Assembly: GCA_050633005.1 (NCBI GenBank)
Contig: JBODRP010000003.1
Coordinates: 2,101-66,100 of the forward strand
Length of the DNA stretch: 64,000 nucleotides
Source: Trichormus sp.
Lineage (GTDB): Bacteria > Cyanobacteriota > Cyanobacteriia > Cyanobacteriales > Nostocaceae
Direction: 5' to 3'
Under the pieces are notes generated by a model. The model was not told the origin of the DNA, made no database searches, and saw only the letters and a program-made list of their open reading frames with translations. The position numbers and the translations under genes are program-made. Shown piece after piece: positions 62,811 to 64,000 of this stretch; position 1 is the first letter of the stretch; each line of letters opens with the position of its first letter.

Positions 62811-63032
62811 TTAAACTCACGAATCGTGACTATTTTAAAAAAATTATGAGTCACGATGTGTGTAGAAAATCAGGCGATCACTATTGATAAAACTGCTTGT
62901 TGTATGATTTGTTCTCTAGGGCAGTCTTTGAGATTTACTCCTGTACAAATTGTTACTTTAGTTAAATCTTTTATTTCTTTAACAAAAGATAATAACTCTC
63001 ATGCAGATGAAGCATAAGCAGAGGAGAAATGT

Positions 63033-63371
63033 CTATTTGCACTCATCCAGGCTGGGATCGATCGCACACATCTGTTGACGCAGTTTTTCAGTACGAGCGC
63101 GAGATTCTTCCATAACCTTGTTAATCCTTTCACGTTCAGCATGAGCGGAAACTGTTTTAACAATCTCGCCAAGCATAGTAGCAAGTATCCCCAAAACAAT
63201 TAATGCCGCCGCGACACCAGACGCTACATCCAACCAGAGACGCTTTCTTGCAGCAGCAACATCTTTTCTCAATTCAGTAACTTCTTGGCGCAAAGCGACT
63301 AATTCTTCAACTGCTGGATTGCTTTGCTTGGCGGGAACCGATTCCACAGGCTTTTTCTGAGTATTAGTCAT
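63033..63371 (-). CDS. Small coiled-coil/TM hypothetical protein
   Basis: Coiled coil, one TM, coiled coil. Confidence 0.6.
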   Translation of the reverse strand: MTNTQKKPVESVPAKQSNPAVEELVALRQEVTELRKDVAAARKRLWLDVASGVAAALIVLGILATMLGEIVKTVSAHAERERINKVMEESRARTEKLRQQMCAIDPSLDECK

Positions 63372-63642
63372 TCTAAATACATCCTAAAATCATATCTATA
63401 CTTAGGAAGCCCAGATTCTTGCCAAAATTAACGCTAATTGAAAAGTTGTCTACAAATAAAATCCAAATAAGGATTATTCCACAATGTTTTTGCCGTTTCA
63501 CTCAAGAGTAAAATGCAATCAGTAATTATCGCTCAAGAGTATTGACATTTTGGTGAATAGGTGGACAAAAGTAACTTTATTTGCTTGTGCGTAGAGGTAA
63601 CTAGCTGCTAAGTTATAAAAGTAACTGGTAACTTGTCTAGCT

Positions 63643-64000
63643 ATGAGCAATGAAGCTAATACCTGCCGTAAGTATGTTGAACCAAAATTAAGAGATGCGG
63701 GGTGGGAGCAAGAACCACACGATTATACTGAGCAGTATTACTTCACTGATGGCAAGATTCGCCCCAAAAACAAGCGTCAACCTCGCGGTAAACGGAAATT
63801 TGCAGATTATTTGCTACTGTATAACGGCGAGTTTCCCTTGGCAGTAGTAGAGGCAAAAAGGAAATATGAAACTCCTGATGAGGGACTGGAACAGGCGATC
63901 GCCTATGCCCAAATTCTCAACGTGAAGTTTGCTTACTCTACTAATGGTGAAGGGATTGTGGAGTATGACTTCATCACGGGTAAGCAGTCTGATGTTATGG
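63643..64000 (+). CDS. hsdR: Type I restriction enzyme HsdR, N-terminus (truncated by window end)
   Basis: MSNEANTCRKYVEPKLRDAGW...ADYLL...LAVVEAKR...GLEQAIAYA...FAYSTNG; open to the end; absent from the ORF track. Confidence 0.85.
   Translation, partial: MSNEANTCRKYVEPKLRDAGWEQEPHDYTEQYYFTDGKIRPKNKRQPRGKRKFADYLLLYNGEFPLAVVEAKRKYETPDEGLEQAIAYAQILNVKFAYSTNGEGIVEYDFITGKQSDVM

Larger units (their letters stand above)
56581..64000. mobile_element. Type V-K CRISPR-associated transposon (partial; tnsB/tnsC/tniQ and the other end not in window)
   Basis: Transposon end, homing spacer, array, tracrRNA, cas12k, regulator and cargo downstream of the tRNA. Confidence 0.9.

Noticed and set aside
1..64000. 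Very frequent GCGATCGC octamer
   Set aside because: HIP1, a well-known cyanobacterial genome feature

Overview
This is AT-rich chromosomal DNA from a heterocyst-forming (Nostocales-like) cyanobacterium, judged from abundant HIP1 (GCGATCGC), STRR heptamer repeats, raf1, psb32 and potADB. Positions 1-56.5 kb are mostly core genes: transporters, cydAB, rnc, rnpB, corA, surE, menG/ubiE, raf1, nfuA and a GH57. The most notable feature is rtcB (RNA ligase), split by a 375-nt group I intron (53803-54177, minus strand) inserted between Gly and the active-site Asn-His. The P1/IGS, P10, P2-P9 helices and terminal G can be read from the sequence, and removing the intron restores an intact 393-aa RtcB. 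From 56.58 kb a type V-K CRISPR-associated transposon sits just downstream of tRNA-Ala(CGC). It includes a transposon end with TnsB sites, a 17-nt tRNA-homing spacer, a 5-repeat array, tracrRNA, cas12k, an unannotated 53-aa RHH repressor with a candidate operator, and defence cargo (GmrSD-like, type I HsdR) running off the window. Also present are a type II R-M locus collapsed by a central deletion, two near-identical 177-bp MITEs bracketing 5.2 kb, and two apparent pseudo-proteases (rhomboid and M48). No database searches or folding programs were run; assignments come from motifs read by eye.
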